Assembly: GCA_965223545.1 (NCBI GenBank)
Contig: OZ245006.1
Coordinates: 1,920,001-1,984,000 of the forward strand
Reading direction: 5' to 3'
Source: Planctomycetota bacterium
GTDB lineage: Bacteria > Planctomycetota > UBA1135 > UBA2386
Length of the DNA stretch: 64,000 nt
A model generated the notes under the pieces. That model had not been told where the DNA came from. It made no database searches and worked only from the letters and a program-made list of their open reading frames with translations. Of the stretch, positions 51,303 through 61,059 are shown in pieces. How positions within the stretch are numbered: the stretch's first letter is position 1; every line of letters begins with the position of its first letter. The translations under genes were made by a program, and so were the position numbers.

Positions 51303-52607
51303 TCAGGGCACGATCACGTGCACCGAGACGCCGTCGGAGGCAGCCAACCGACCGCTGCCTTCGACATGGAAGGTCTGCCCGAACACGGACCTCCCGGCGA
51401 GGGCGGCCACGTTCGGAATCGGCAGCGGTATCGCGACCGTCGCCCCCGGGGCGAACGGCAACGCGACCACCGCCGGCCCCGGCTCGAGCAGGATCTCGAC
51501 CCCCGCGACCATCAGCGAACCCGGCCGAGGACCGAGGAACAGCGCGGAGGCGATCGCGGTGCCAGGGGCCGAGGTCGCGGTGACCGAGAACGAGTTGTTG
51601 CCGAGGCTCGGGATGCCGCCGGCGTTGGGGTGCACGGCCCACGAGTAGGCGTTGGCTCCCGCTGACGCGTCGCCGTAGCGCTCGATCGACGGCACCAAGT
51701 CCAGCCCGAACACCGAAGATCGCGGAAGAGTCTGGTACGTGCCCAGAGTACGCAGGGCGCCGCTTTCCACGTAGTGCAACGCCCAACCCGATGCGCTCGA
51801 TGACGTGAGAAAGAGGTTGTCGGTCTCGGGCTCGACCGACAACCCGGTCACGATGGGGGGAGTGCCGGAGATCGGAGTGAGGACTCCGGTCTGCGTGTTC
51901 ATGCGACCAACGCCGCTGGTCACACCGGTGGTCGCGACCACGAGGTCACCGCCAGAATCCACCACCAGATCGGAGATCGCGTTCGGGGTCGTCCCGACGA
52001 TCTGCGGACTCCAACCCGCCAGCGGCGTGCGGTACACAGTTCCACTGTTGCCGATGTTCTGACCGAGGTACACCTCGCTCCCGTCCGGCGCGAAGCAAAG
52101 CGCATCGAATACGCCCGCCGTCGGCGGCACAGTCATCAGACAGCTCAGCGACTGCGTTTGCAGATCGAGAACGCCGAGCTGGACACAGGTGACCGGGGAG
52201 CCGCCGATCCCGTCCGCCAAGAAGACCACGCGTCCGTCGGGGTGCTCGGCCAGCCGTCGCACGCCACCTCCCAAGACCGAGAGCGCGAAACCCAGATACC
52301 ACGAGCGGGTGTCCGAGACCGTGCTGCCGGACAACGTCAGCGCATACAGCCGAATCGGGCTCCCGCTCGGGTAGGCCACCATGCCGGCCACAACCGCGCC
52401 GCTGGAATGCACGATCACATCGCTCACGCCTTGGGCGAGTTCGTTCGGCACCCCTGCCAGCGGCAGCAGCGACCCCGGCGTGCGTGAGGAGGAAAGAAAG
52501 AACCCGTTGGGTCGGGACGCCGTCACGACCCAACCCGCGGGTGCCTGCGCGGCGACCACCGAAACGAGCAAGAACACCGGCGCGATGGCCGCGAATGACG
52601 CGTTCAT
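51303..52607 (-). CDS. Secreted beta-propeller-like protein with C-terminal beta domain
   Basis: Signal peptide ending AAQ; repeats such as FAPDGSEVYL and VVDSGGDLVV. Confidence 0.75.
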   Translation of the reverse strand: MNASFAAIAPVFLLVSVVAAQAPAGWVVTASRPNGFFLSSSRTPGSLLPLAGVPNELAQGVSDVIVHSSGAVVAGMVAYPSGSPIRLYALTLSGSTVSDTRSWYLGFALSVLGGGVRRLAEHPDGRVVFLADGIGGSPVTCVQLGVLDLQTQSLSCLMTVPPTAGVFDALCFAPDGSEVYLGQNIGNSGTVYRTPLAGWSPQIVGTTPNAISDLVVDSGGDLVVATTGVTSGVGRMNTQTGVLTPISGTPPIVTGLSVEPETDNLFLTSSSASGWALHYVESGALRTLGTYQTLPRSSVFGLDLVPSIERYGDASAGANAYSWAVHPNAGGIPSLGNNSFSVTATSAPGTAIASALFLGPRPGSLMVAGVEILLEPGPAVVALPFAPGATVAIPLPIPNVAALAGRSVFGQTFHVEGSGRLAASDGVSVHVIVP

Positions 52608-52716
52608 GGAACCTCAACCCCAAGCCACGGAAGACCGAGACCCCGATGATAGCACGGAACCGACACGACGGGACGCTGGGCCCGCCCACGCGACCGCGCT
52701 ACCCTCTTCCGCCCCA

Positions 52717-54129
52717 ATGAGCCGCAAGAACGAGTCCTCCTCCCCCGATTCGCTCGCCTCCGTCGAGGCGCTCACCGCCGCGGCGCAGCAGATCGTCGCC
52801 CAGGTCATCCTCGAGCAGACGGGTCGCAGCGTCACAATCGGGCCCGCTGAAGCGGTCGACGCCCACCTCGAGGAGCTGCAGGTGCCGGCCCTGGCGATGG
52901 CGCTGCAGGAGCGCTTCGGCGTGACCTTCGACAGCGCCGAGCTCGATACGCGCACCCTCCGCACCCCTCAGGCCATCGCAGAGCTGGTGGCGCGCCACCA
53001 ATCCGCGCGGCGCCCCGCGGCAGGTGACCGGGCCCAGCACACCGTCGTCGTCCTCGGCGCCGGCAAGATCGGAAGGATGGTGGCGCACTTCCTCGGCGCA
53101 TCCGGCGACTACCGCACACGCCTCGGCGACGCCGACGGCAACACCGCGCGGCAAGTCGCCGACCGCACTCCGGCGGCGCGTCCGCACACCGTCGACTTCA
53201 CCGACAAGAAGGCCCTCGACGACATCCTCGACGGCGCCACCGCGGTGATCTCCTGCGCACCGTTTCACTGCAACCCGCTCATCGCCGAGCGCGCCCGCCA
53301 CCACCGGGCGCACTACCTCGATCTCACCGAGGACGTCGCGGTCACCGAGCAGGTCGTCTCCCTCGCGGCCGACGCCGAGTGCGCCTTCATCCCCCAGTGT
53401 GGGCTGGCGCCGGGCTTCATCACCATCGTCGCCAACCACCTGATCCAGCCGATGAGCGACCTCACCGACCTGTGCATGCGGGTCGGCGCGCTGCCGCGGT
53501 TTCCCAACAACCGCCTGAAGTACAACCTGACGTGGAGCACCGAGGGCCTGATCAACGAGTACTGCAATCCGTGCGAGGTGATCCTCGACGGCAAGCTGCG
53601 GCGCGTGCAACCGCTCGAGAACCTCGAACGACTGAGCATCGACGGCGTCGAGTACGAGGGCTTCAACACCTCCGGCGGTCTCGGCAGCCTGGCCCAATCG
53701 CTGCTCGGCAAAGTGCGCAACGTCAACTACAAGTCGCTGCGCTACCCCGGCCACAACCACTTGATCAAGTTCCTGCTCGACGACCTCGGCATGCGCGACC
53801 ACCGCGAGGCCCTGCGCGAGATCTTCGACCGCTCGCTGCCGACGACCTTCCACGACCAGATCGTGATCTACGTCAGCGCCACCGGCACCTACCGCGGCAG
53901 ACTGACCCAGAACACCTACGCCCGCACCGTCTACCACCAGCGCATCGACGGCGAGAACTGGAGCGGCATCCAGATCACCACGGCGGCCGGCGTCTGCGCC
54001 GTGCTCGACCTCCTGCTCGAGGGCGCGCTGCCCGACCGCGGCTTCGTGCGTCAGGAGCAGGTCGACTACGAGCGCTTCATCGCCAACCGCTTCGGCCGCT
54101 ACTACCAACCGACCCCCGCGCCGCACTGA
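52717..54129 (+). CDS. Saccharopine/lysine dehydrogenase family protein with N-terminal ACP-like domain
   Basis: VLGAGKIG, YLDLTED, CGLAPG, RVGALP, TWSTEGLINEY; ~105-aa N extension containing LQERFGVTFDSAEL...TPQAIAELV. Confidence 0.9.
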   Translation: MSRKNESSSPDSLASVEALTAAAQQIVAQVILEQTGRSVTIGPAEAVDAHLEELQVPALAMALQERFGVTFDSAELDTRTLRTPQAIAELVARHQSARRPAAGDRAQHTVVVLGAGKIGRMVAHFLGASGDYRTRLGDADGNTARQVADRTPAARPHTVDFTDKKALDDILDGATAVISCAPFHCNPLIAERARHHRAHYLDLTEDVAVTEQVVSLAADAECAFIPQCGLAPGFITIVANHLIQPMSDLTDLCMRVGALPRFPNNRLKYNLTWSTEGLINEYCNPCEVILDGKLRRVQPLENLERLSIDGVEYEGFNTSGGLGSLAQSLLGKVRNVNYKSLRYPGHNHLIKFLLDDLGMRDHREALREIFDRSLPTTFHDQIVIYVSATGTYRGRLTQNTYARTVYHQRIDGENWSGIQITTAAGVCAVLDLLLEGALPDRGFVRQEQVDYERFIANRFGRYYQPTPAPH

Positions 54130-54130
54130 A

Positions 54131-54159
54131 AGTACCGAGTCTGACTCGATTTTCTCGCT
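54131..54159 (+). repeat. 29-bp inverted repeat, left copy
   Basis: agtaccgagtctgactcgattttctcgct; 27/29 identical to reverse complement of 59970-59998, inner 21 bp perfect. Confidence 0.93.
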
Positions 54160-54251
54160 AGCGCGCGACGCCCAGCGGCACCCCGATACATTGGTGGGTG
54201 CGCGGTCGCGAGACCGCGCATCCCGGACGGAACCACCTCATGCGCGACACC

Positions 54252-55889
54252 ATGTCTTCCAGCTCATTATCCCGCCGTGACCCGGCCGCCACTCCACGGC
54301 GCAACCCACTGCCCGCGCTCCTGCTGCCCCTGCTGGCGATCGGCTGCAGCGACGACTCGCACTCGGCGACGACGACTCCCACCCCGCCCGCGCCGCCGCT
54401 CACCGCGGCGCAGCGGCGGGCGCTGATCTCGTTCGACACCGAAGCCGTGACCCCCGCGGTGCTCGCAGTTGGCGATCTCAACGGGGACGGGACGGCGGAT
54501 CTGGCAGTCGGTGATCCCGACGCGGTCGGTGGTCGCGGGCGCACGCGGGTGTTCGACGGGGCGACCGGCCGGCAGATCCACGACTGGTTCGCCGACGGGC
54601 TGAGCGGCGATCTCAACTTCGGCACGGCGATGGCGGCCGCGGACGTCGACGGGGACGGCGCGGCGGAGGTGTTCGTCACCGCGCCGAACGATGCCGGCGA
54701 ACCCGGACCCGGCGCGTTGTACGGGTTCCTCGGGCGCACTGGTGCGCGGGCGTTCCGCATCGCGGGCGCGCCGGCGCCCTTCCAGCTGGGCACCGACATC
54801 ACGACCCTCGGCGACGTCGATGGCGACGGCCGCGCGGAGCTCGCGATCGCGGAGCCCAACCCGAGCCCGGCCGGCGCGCAGTCCGGCCGAGTGCACGTGA
54901 TGAACGCCGCGGCGCAGGTGCTCTACAGCATCGCGGTCGTGCCGCAAGGCGCCGCGTTTGCCGGCCCCACTGCCCTGGCGGGCGGTCATGACGTGAATGG
55001 CGACAGCGCGCCCGACCTGCTGGTCGCCGCCGACGGTCCAGCGTCGGCGGTGTACTCCGGCGCCGATGGCGACCAGCTGTTCGCGCACGACGGCGGCGCC
55101 GGCAGCGCCGCGTTCGCCGGCGATCTCGACGACGACGGAGTCGTCGACTACGCCTTCGGCTACCCCGACGCCGGCAACGGCCGGGTCGACGTGTTCTCCG
55201 GCGCAACCGGCGATCGCATCCGCCAGCTCGGCGGGACCGCCTCGGGCGACGGCTTCGGTGACAGTCTCGCTCCGCTGGGCGACCACGACGGCGACGGCGT
55301 CGACGATCTGGCGATCGGCAGCCGGGGCGGCTACTCGGTGGTCGTGTCCGGCGCGACCGGCGACCCGATCCTCGAGCACCGCGCCGGCGGGGCGGGCATG
55401 GTGCACCGGGTGCGCTCGGCGGGCGATCTCGACGGCGACGGCACCGAGGATGTGGCGATCGCCGCCAACCGCCGCGTGCTCGTGCTCGCCGCGCGCGACC
55501 GCAGCCTGGCCGCCGACGTCCACCGCATCCCGACCAGCGGCGGCACTCAGGGGTTCGCGCTGGTGGCCGGCACGGCCCACGCCGAGCGCGGCTACGTGCT
55601 GCTCGGGTCAGCCTCGGGCACCGCGCCCGGGATCACCGCCGGCGGCGTGACCCTGCCGCTCAACTTCGATTCGTACACGGACTTCACGCTGTCCAACCCG
55701 AACACCGCGGTGCACCTCAACACCGCCGGCGTGCTCGATACGCACGGCCGCGCCGCGGCGGCCCTGGTGCTCCCGGAGATTCCGGCGGCCCTCAACGGTT
55801 TGTCGCTGCACCACGCCTACGTCGTGCTGACCCCGCGACAGCTGCACTTTGCCAGCAACGCGGTGCCGCTGCTGCTGACCGCGCCGTAG
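54252..55889 (+). CDS. FG-GAP repeat (integrin-alpha-like) lipoprotein
   Basis: Lipobox LAIGC; repeated GDLNGDGxxDLAVG-type motifs. Confidence 0.9.
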   Translation: MSSSSLSRRDPAATPRRNPLPALLLPLLAIGCSDDSHSATTTPTPPAPPLTAAQRRALISFDTEAVTPAVLAVGDLNGDGTADLAVGDPDAVGGRGRTRVFDGATGRQIHDWFADGLSGDLNFGTAMAAADVDGDGAAEVFVTAPNDAGEPGPGALYGFLGRTGARAFRIAGAPAPFQLGTDITTLGDVDGDGRAELAIAEPNPSPAGAQSGRVHVMNAAAQVLYSIAVVPQGAAFAGPTALAGGHDVNGDSAPDLLVAADGPASAVYSGADGDQLFAHDGGAGSAAFAGDLDDDGVVDYAFGYPDAGNGRVDVFSGATGDRIRQLGGTASGDGFGDSLAPLGDHDGDGVDDLAIGSRGGYSVVVSGATGDPILEHRAGGAGMVHRVRSAGDLDGDGTEDVAIAANRRVLVLAARDRSLAADVHRIPTSGGTQGFALVAGTAHAERGYVLLGSASGTAPGITAGGVTLPLNFDSYTDFTLSNPNTAVHLNTAGVLDTHGRAAAALVLPEIPAALNGLSLHHAYVVLTPRQLHFASNAVPLLLTAP

Positions 55890-55907
55890 TCGAGGACGCG
55901 GCGCGGA

Positions 55908-58235
55908 TCAGCGCAGCTGACAACGCAAGCCGTCGGTGAGCAACAACCCCAGTGGGTTGGCCGCCGGCGCGGCGTGCGCCCACTGTAGGTGGATGTCGCC
56001 GGCGACGGTCAGATGGATCAGGGTGACCAAAGCGTCGCCCATCGAGTCGGTCGTCGCCGGCAGAGCAACCATCACACCGGGATCGACGAGCAGCGTGCAT
56101 CCCGGCGCACCGGCGAACGCGAGCGGGAAGCCCGCCGCGCCGGCACTGACGAGCAACGCCGCCGGTGCATTGGCCGAAGCTGCCGTCAGCCGAACGCGGA
56201 AGAACTCGGTGCCGACGAGCGGCGTGCTGACCCGGCCGAAGCCGCCGCCGCAACCCACGCCGTAGGGGACGTTGACGGCAGCGGTGGGATACGTCCACAG
56301 CCGCCCCATGACCGGCGACGTCGTCTGGTTGGGTGTGTAGGTCAACAGGAACCGCGTGGTGGCGAAGTCGAACGCGATCGCCGGAGCGGCGGCGTCCGAA
56401 GACGAAGCACTCGACACGGTCTGCGTCTCGACCACCGCGCCGTCGAAGCCGACCCGCGCGGCGCCGATCGAATCCGACCGCCCGAGCAGCGAGCTGCGCC
56501 TCCGCCAAGCCACTGCCCAGTGAGCGGCATTGCTGTCGTAGACCGCGCGTGGCTCGTCCAGGGTCTCGACCACCGTCGGTCCCGTCGCCACCGGGGCGCT
56601 CCACTGCACGGTGGGTAGCAGCGACTGCGGCGCCCACATGAAGCGGGTCATGCTCAAGCCCGCGCCGCGCGTGGCCGTGTTGGCGCCCGATTGCAGGTAC
56701 GCCACCCCGTAGCGGGTATTGCCGCCATCCACTGACGGCTCGATCTTGCTGGCCTGCGCGCCGCCGGTGGGCACGATCAGCGCGGAGGGCCGCGCGCTGC
56801 CGTCGTTGAAGATCAACCGCGCCCGGATCGACCAGCCGGCCGGCAAGAAGGCGCGCTGCTGGTAGCAAACCATCCACGACAGCGGTGCCCCACTCGAGTT
56901 GGGCGACACACTCGGGTTGCCGCGGTCCACCTGGGCAGACACGGGGGCGACCGGCGTCGCGTCGAGCAGCTGCGGCGCACCGAACGTCTTGGCGTTGGCG
57001 TCGAGCAACACGCGGTAGAGCTCGGTCTCGTCGAGCACCGTGCCGAGCGTGCCGGCGTCCGATTCGTACACGAGGAGCGCGTACTGGTCATTGAACGAGC
57101 CGCCGATGTCGGGGCGCCGATCATCCCGGCCGGAGACGGTGACCGGCAGCACCATCGACGATCCGCTGCCGAACGTGGTGTCGCCGCCGTCGTGTAGCCA
57201 GACGCGCACCTGCGCATTCGGCTGCAACGCGGGACGGTCGTGCTCGTAGGCGATCGCCCACCGCCCGGTCGTCCCGCCACCCTTGACGAACGCCGCGCGC
57301 GGGCGGCCGGTCCGCGCCAGTGCGGAGACGTCGGCGAACACGAGCACCGGATTGGCGAGGTCTCGGTCGGTGAGCAGCACGTAGACGTCGCGATCCCCCG
57401 CCGAGGTCCGCACGGAGAACGCGACGAGGACTCGATGCACCGCGGGCCCCGGCGAAACCACCACATCCGTGTGCTCGACCAACGCGGCGAGCGCTACCGG
57501 TGAGGACAGCACTTGCGGACTGAGCAGCGGATCGACCGTGACGGGCCATCGTGCGCGCTCGAGCCAAGCTGCCGGGACGACCAGCCGGATCGAGTCGCCG
57601 TCGAGCACAGTGGCGACGTCGATGCGACGGCCGCCGGCGTCGATGGCGATCGCGCGCCCGTAGCGCACGACTTCCAGGCCGGAGCGGTCGACGAACCGAA
57701 GCGCCGCCGGCGCGCGCGCCGGAACCGCATCGCGCACGGGCGTCAGTGCACTGCGCCACTGGCCCGTGATCACGAGATCGCCGCGGCCCCGCGGCGGCTG
57801 CGCGACGACGAACGACTGCTCGACGCCCTCGGCGCGCACGTCGTAGCGTTCGGCGACGAGGCGCGACCGGTACTCCAGCCGCCAGTCGTCGTGCCACACG
57901 TCCACCGGCTCGCCGGCCGACAACAGGTCGACGTCGCCGAGGCGGACCGAGGTCGTGCGCCACTGCACGGGCGTCTCGGCCGGCGCGTCCGGGGCGAGGA
58001 CGGGGTAGAAGTGCGGCCCCCGAGCGAAGCGCACGCGATACCCGGGACCCGCCGCCCAGTGCTCGGCGCCGGCGCCGTGGATCGGCACTCGCCAATCGAA
58101 GCCGGCGATCGCGCGCGCGGGGCCGGTCGTCGCCGATTCACTCTGCGCCGGCAGGCCCAGAACGGAGAGTGCGCCGGCGACGACGGTGCAACAAAGCCGA
58201 AGCCGCGCGGAGGGGCGGCGGGAGGGAGTGCTCAT
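55908..58235 (-). CDS. Large secreted hypothetical protein
   Basis: Signal peptide ending LPAQ; ERYDVRAEGVEQSF, YGRAIAIDA, WPVTVDP; C-terminal beta domain. Confidence 0.8.
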   Translation of the reverse strand: MSTPSRRPSARLRLCCTVVAGALSVLGLPAQSESATTGPARAIAGFDWRVPIHGAGAEHWAAGPGYRVRFARGPHFYPVLAPDAPAETPVQWRTTSVRLGDVDLLSAGEPVDVWHDDWRLEYRSRLVAERYDVRAEGVEQSFVVAQPPRGRGDLVITGQWRSALTPVRDAVPARAPAALRFVDRSGLEVVRYGRAIAIDAGGRRIDVATVLDGDSIRLVVPAAWLERARWPVTVDPLLSPQVLSSPVALAALVEHTDVVVSPGPAVHRVLVAFSVRTSAGDRDVYVLLTDRDLANPVLVFADVSALARTGRPRAAFVKGGGTTGRWAIAYEHDRPALQPNAQVRVWLHDGGDTTFGSGSSMVLPVTVSGRDDRRPDIGGSFNDQYALLVYESDAGTLGTVLDETELYRVLLDANAKTFGAPQLLDATPVAPVSAQVDRGNPSVSPNSSGAPLSWMVCYQQRAFLPAGWSIRARLIFNDGSARPSALIVPTGGAQASKIEPSVDGGNTRYGVAYLQSGANTATRGAGLSMTRFMWAPQSLLPTVQWSAPVATGPTVVETLDEPRAVYDSNAAHWAVAWRRRSSLLGRSDSIGAARVGFDGAVVETQTVSSASSSDAAAPAIAFDFATTRFLLTYTPNQTTSPVMGRLWTYPTAAVNVPYGVGCGGGFGRVSTPLVGTEFFRVRLTAASANAPAALLVSAGAAGFPLAFAGAPGCTLLVDPGVMVALPATTDSMGDALVTLIHLTVAGDIHLQWAHAAPAANPLGLLLTDGLRCQLR

Positions 58236-58352
58236 GTTCCCCGCAGCGCCCCGCCGGCGCGGACCGAACCGGAGAAGGGCAAAAATAGCCAATCCTCGGC
58301 GAGCACCCCTTCGGCTCCAGCCAATGGCGCGGAGATCTCGATAACACGGGCA

Positions 58353-59945
58353 GTGTCCTCCCTCCTCACCCCGCCCCGGCCAGCAGTCTGGCCGCTCTGG
58401 CTCGGCGTCGCCGCGCTGCATGCCACAGGCGCGCTGTGGTACGTCACCGACGTATCGCCGGGCACCGCCGCGGCAAAGACCGGACTGCCCCTCGACGACG
58501 CTTGGATCCACCTCGTCTACGGCCGCAGCCTGGTGGAGCACGGCGGCCCCTACTACAACCCGGGGCAGCTCGAGGCCGGCTTCACCAGCCCGTTGTGGGC
58601 GATGCTGCTGGCGGTGGTCTACGGCGCGGCGCAGCTGACCGGCGTAGCCACGGCGACCGCGGTCAAGGCGTTGGGAGTCTCGGTCGGCACCACCGCGACG
58701 GCGGGCGCGGCGCTGCTGGCGTGGCGCGTCACCGGCCGGCGGCTGCCGGCCGCATTCGCGGCTCTGTTGGTCGGTGCCAGCCCCCAGATGCAGTTCGCGC
58801 AGATCTCCGGCATGGAGGTCAGCCTGGCGGCGAGCACGGGGCTGTGGACCATCTTCGCGCTGCACCGCGGCGCGCTGTGGTGGGCCGGGATCGGCGCCGC
58901 CGCCTGCTACTGGGCGCGGCCGGAGCTGCTCTTGCTGGTCGCCCTGGTGGTCGCTGGAGGGGTCGCGGTGCAGACGCCAGGTCGTCGCCGCGCAGCTGCG
59001 CTGCGCCTCGGCCTCCCGCCCGCGATCGCCGCCGGCGCCTGGGTCGGATTCTGTGTCGCGGCCCACGGCCGCCCCCTGCCCAACACGTTCTACGCCAAGT
59101 TCTCCGCCGAGACGCAGACCGCCGAGCTGCCGCGGATCGCCACCGCGGCCTGGGAGGCGGTCGCCGCCAACGGCAGCTGGGCGACCCCGGCGCTGCTGCT
59201 CGCAGCCGCGCTCGGCTTGCTCCAAAGGCGACCGCGGACCGCGACGATCCTGCTGCTGGTGACGCCGCCGCTGTGGATCCTCGGGCTCGCGCGCACGCGC
59301 GCACTACCGGCCGAATGGGCCGATTACTTCTGTTTCGCCCGCTATGCCCAACCAGTCGTTCCGATGCTGCTCGCCGCCGCGGCGATCGGGCTCGGCGCGC
59401 TGCTGCACGTCGCGCACCGCGCCGGCGCCGGCGCCCCGGTGCGCGGCCTGCTCGCCGCCGGGGTCGCGGCCGCCACTTTGCTGCCGTATCCCACCGCCTT
59501 GGTGGACTCGCGTGCGGACTACGCCTGGCACTGCCAGAACATGAACGAAGTGCAGGTCGCCTGCGGCCGCTGGGTGGCCGATCACGTGCCCCCCGGCGAG
59601 ACCGTGGTCATCAACGATGCCGGCGCGATCCGCTACTTCGGCGAACGCACCTGTCTCGACGTGCAGGGCCTCAACTGCGGTGCCCTGCTCGACGACATCG
59701 ACCGGCTGCTGGCGGTGCGCAGCACACCCGCCGCCATGGCCACGTTCATGCACGCCAACGGAGCCCGCCACCTGATCATCTTCCGCTCGTGGTTCCCGGA
59801 CTTGGTCGCGCACGACGAGTTCGAGCGCTACTTCGAACCAGTCGCGCACTTCACCAGCGAGCACTACGTCGTCTTCGGCGAAGCGTTCGGCCAGGACGAG
59901 AAAGTCGTCTTCCGCCTGCGCGATCCGGCTGCTCCCGCCAAATAG
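58353..59945 (+). CDS. Polytopic membrane GT-C glycosyltransferase-like protein
   Basis: LDDAWIH, YNPG, GFTSPLW, SGME, RPE, LPNTFYAK, DAGAIRYF, DVQGL. Confidence 0.8.
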   Translation: MSSLLTPPRPAVWPLWLGVAALHATGALWYVTDVSPGTAAAKTGLPLDDAWIHLVYGRSLVEHGGPYYNPGQLEAGFTSPLWAMLLAVVYGAAQLTGVATATAVKALGVSVGTTATAGAALLAWRVTGRRLPAAFAALLVGASPQMQFAQISGMEVSLAASTGLWTIFALHRGALWWAGIGAAACYWARPELLLLVALVVAGGVAVQTPGRRRAAALRLGLPPAIAAGAWVGFCVAAHGRPLPNTFYAKFSAETQTAELPRIATAAWEAVAANGSWATPALLLAAALGLLQRRPRTATILLLVTPPLWILGLARTRALPAEWADYFCFARYAQPVVPMLLAAAAIGLGALLHVAHRAGAGAPVRGLLAAGVAAATLLPYPTALVDSRADYAWHCQNMNEVQVACGRWVADHVPPGETVVINDAGAIRYFGERTCLDVQGLNCGALLDDIDRLLAVRSTPAAMATFMHANGARHLIIFRSWFPDLVAHDEFERYFEPVAHFTSEHYVVFGEAFGQDEKVVFRLRDPAAPAK

Positions 59946-59969
59946 CGCAGTCGGGGGGCGGGGCGGCGA

Positions 59970-59998
59970 AGCGAGAAAATCGAGTCAGACACCGTACT
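59970..59998 (-). repeat. 29-bp inverted repeat, right copy
   Basis: agcgagaaaatcgagtcagacaccgtact, inverted relative to 54131-54159. Confidence 0.93.
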
Positions 59999-60593
59999 AC
60001 CGCGGGAGCGGGAGGTGTTCGAGGGGCTGGTAGGCCGCGCCGGTTGGGGTGGGTGTGCTGGCCAGGAGCTCCAGCTCGTCGACGGGCTCTGGCTGGGTTT
60101 GCCAGTCGATCGCGGCGACCGCGTGTTCGGCGGTGGGCGCGCTCTTGCGCAACCGTGCCAGCGTGAGGTGTGGATGCAGCGGGCGTGGATCGATGGGGAC
60201 CCCGAAGTCGGTGGCGGTGGCGCGTATGGCGCCGGCCATCGCGTGCAGTGCCGGCAGGTCGCCGTGAAGGCCCACCCAGACGACGCGCGCGCGACCGCGG
60301 GCGGGGAATCTTCCGGGCGAGGCCAAGCCGAGATCGAGGGGCTGGAGCCGCAGCGATCGCAGCGCGTGCCGCAGCCCGGGCTGGGCGCCGGCGGCGACGG
60401 CGCCGAAGAAGGCGACCGTCACGTGCAGCTTGTCGAGCGGCAGCCAGGGTACGGCCGGGCAACGCGCGCGCAGCTGCCGCCGGCCGCGCTCTAGAACCAG
60501 GCGCGCCTTGGGTGTCGGACGAACGGCGACGAACCAGCGCGCGGCGGCGGCCGCGGGGCCGCCGCTGTCAGCCGGTCCACTCGATGGCGCCAC
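59997..60593 (-). CDS. thpR: RNA 2',3'-cyclic phosphodiesterase (2H family)
   Basis: Two HxT motifs (LHVTVAF, PHLTLAR), RVVWVG. Start uncertain. Confidence 0.88.
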   Translation of the reverse strand: MAPSSGPADSGGPAAAAARWFVAVRPTPKARLVLERGRRQLRARCPAVPWLPLDKLHVTVAFFGAVAAGAQPGLRHALRSLRLQPLDLGLASPGRFPARGRARVVWVGLHGDLPALHAMAGAIRATATDFGVPIDPRPLHPHLTLARLRKSAPTAEHAVAAIDWQTQPEPVDELELLASTPTPTGAAYQPLEHLPLPR

Positions 60594-61059
60594 CGGGCAG
60601 GAAGTAGAGGATCAGCATGCTGCCACCGGTGACCGCGGGCACGTGCTCGCTGCCCGGCGGGTATACCGCCCAACCGGGGTCGTTGCCGTCGAAGCGCGGA
60701 GTGCCCTCGTCGACGAACAACAGATCGATCTCGCCGTTGGGGTGGATGTGGCGCGGGCCCGGCGGTTCTCCCATCCAGACGGCGTCGACGCTGAAGCCCG
60801 CCGCATCCTTGGCCACGCGGCCGAAGCGCAGGCCACCGTTCTCCTTCGGCAGCAGCCACCCGGCGCGTGCGCCGGCAAACGCCGCCGCGCGTATACCGCG
60901 CACGAGGTCGCCGTCGATCGGCGCCAACCGCTCGATCTCGGCGCGCGCGCGCGCCGGGTCGCGCAGGTCGACGTCGGCCAAGCGTTCGGCGAGCGGTGCC
61001 ACCACCGCGGCGAAGTCGAGCATCTCTTGGCTGGGCATCGGTCGTGTCTCTCGGGTCAT
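60568..61059 (-). CDS. DUF4863 / PnbB-like cupin-type protein
   Basis: FGRV, FSVDAV, HIHPNGEID, YPPGSEH, LYFLPGGAIEW. Confidence 0.75.
   Translation of the reverse strand: MTRETRPMPSQEMLDFAAVVAPLAERLADVDLRDPARARAEIERLAPIDGDLVRGIRAAAFAGARAGWLLPKENGGLRFGRVAKDAAGFSVDAVWMGEPPGPRHIHPNGEIDLLFVDEGTPRFDGNDPGWAVYPPGSEHVPAVTGGSMLILYFLPGGAIEWTG

Noticed and set aside
46084..54129. Decarboxylase plus dehydrogenase as a carboxynorspermidine (polyamine) pathway
   Set aside because: The genes are not adjacent, and their motifs look more like BtrK/LysA-type and lysine/saccharopine dehydrogenase types; not excluded without a phylogeny.
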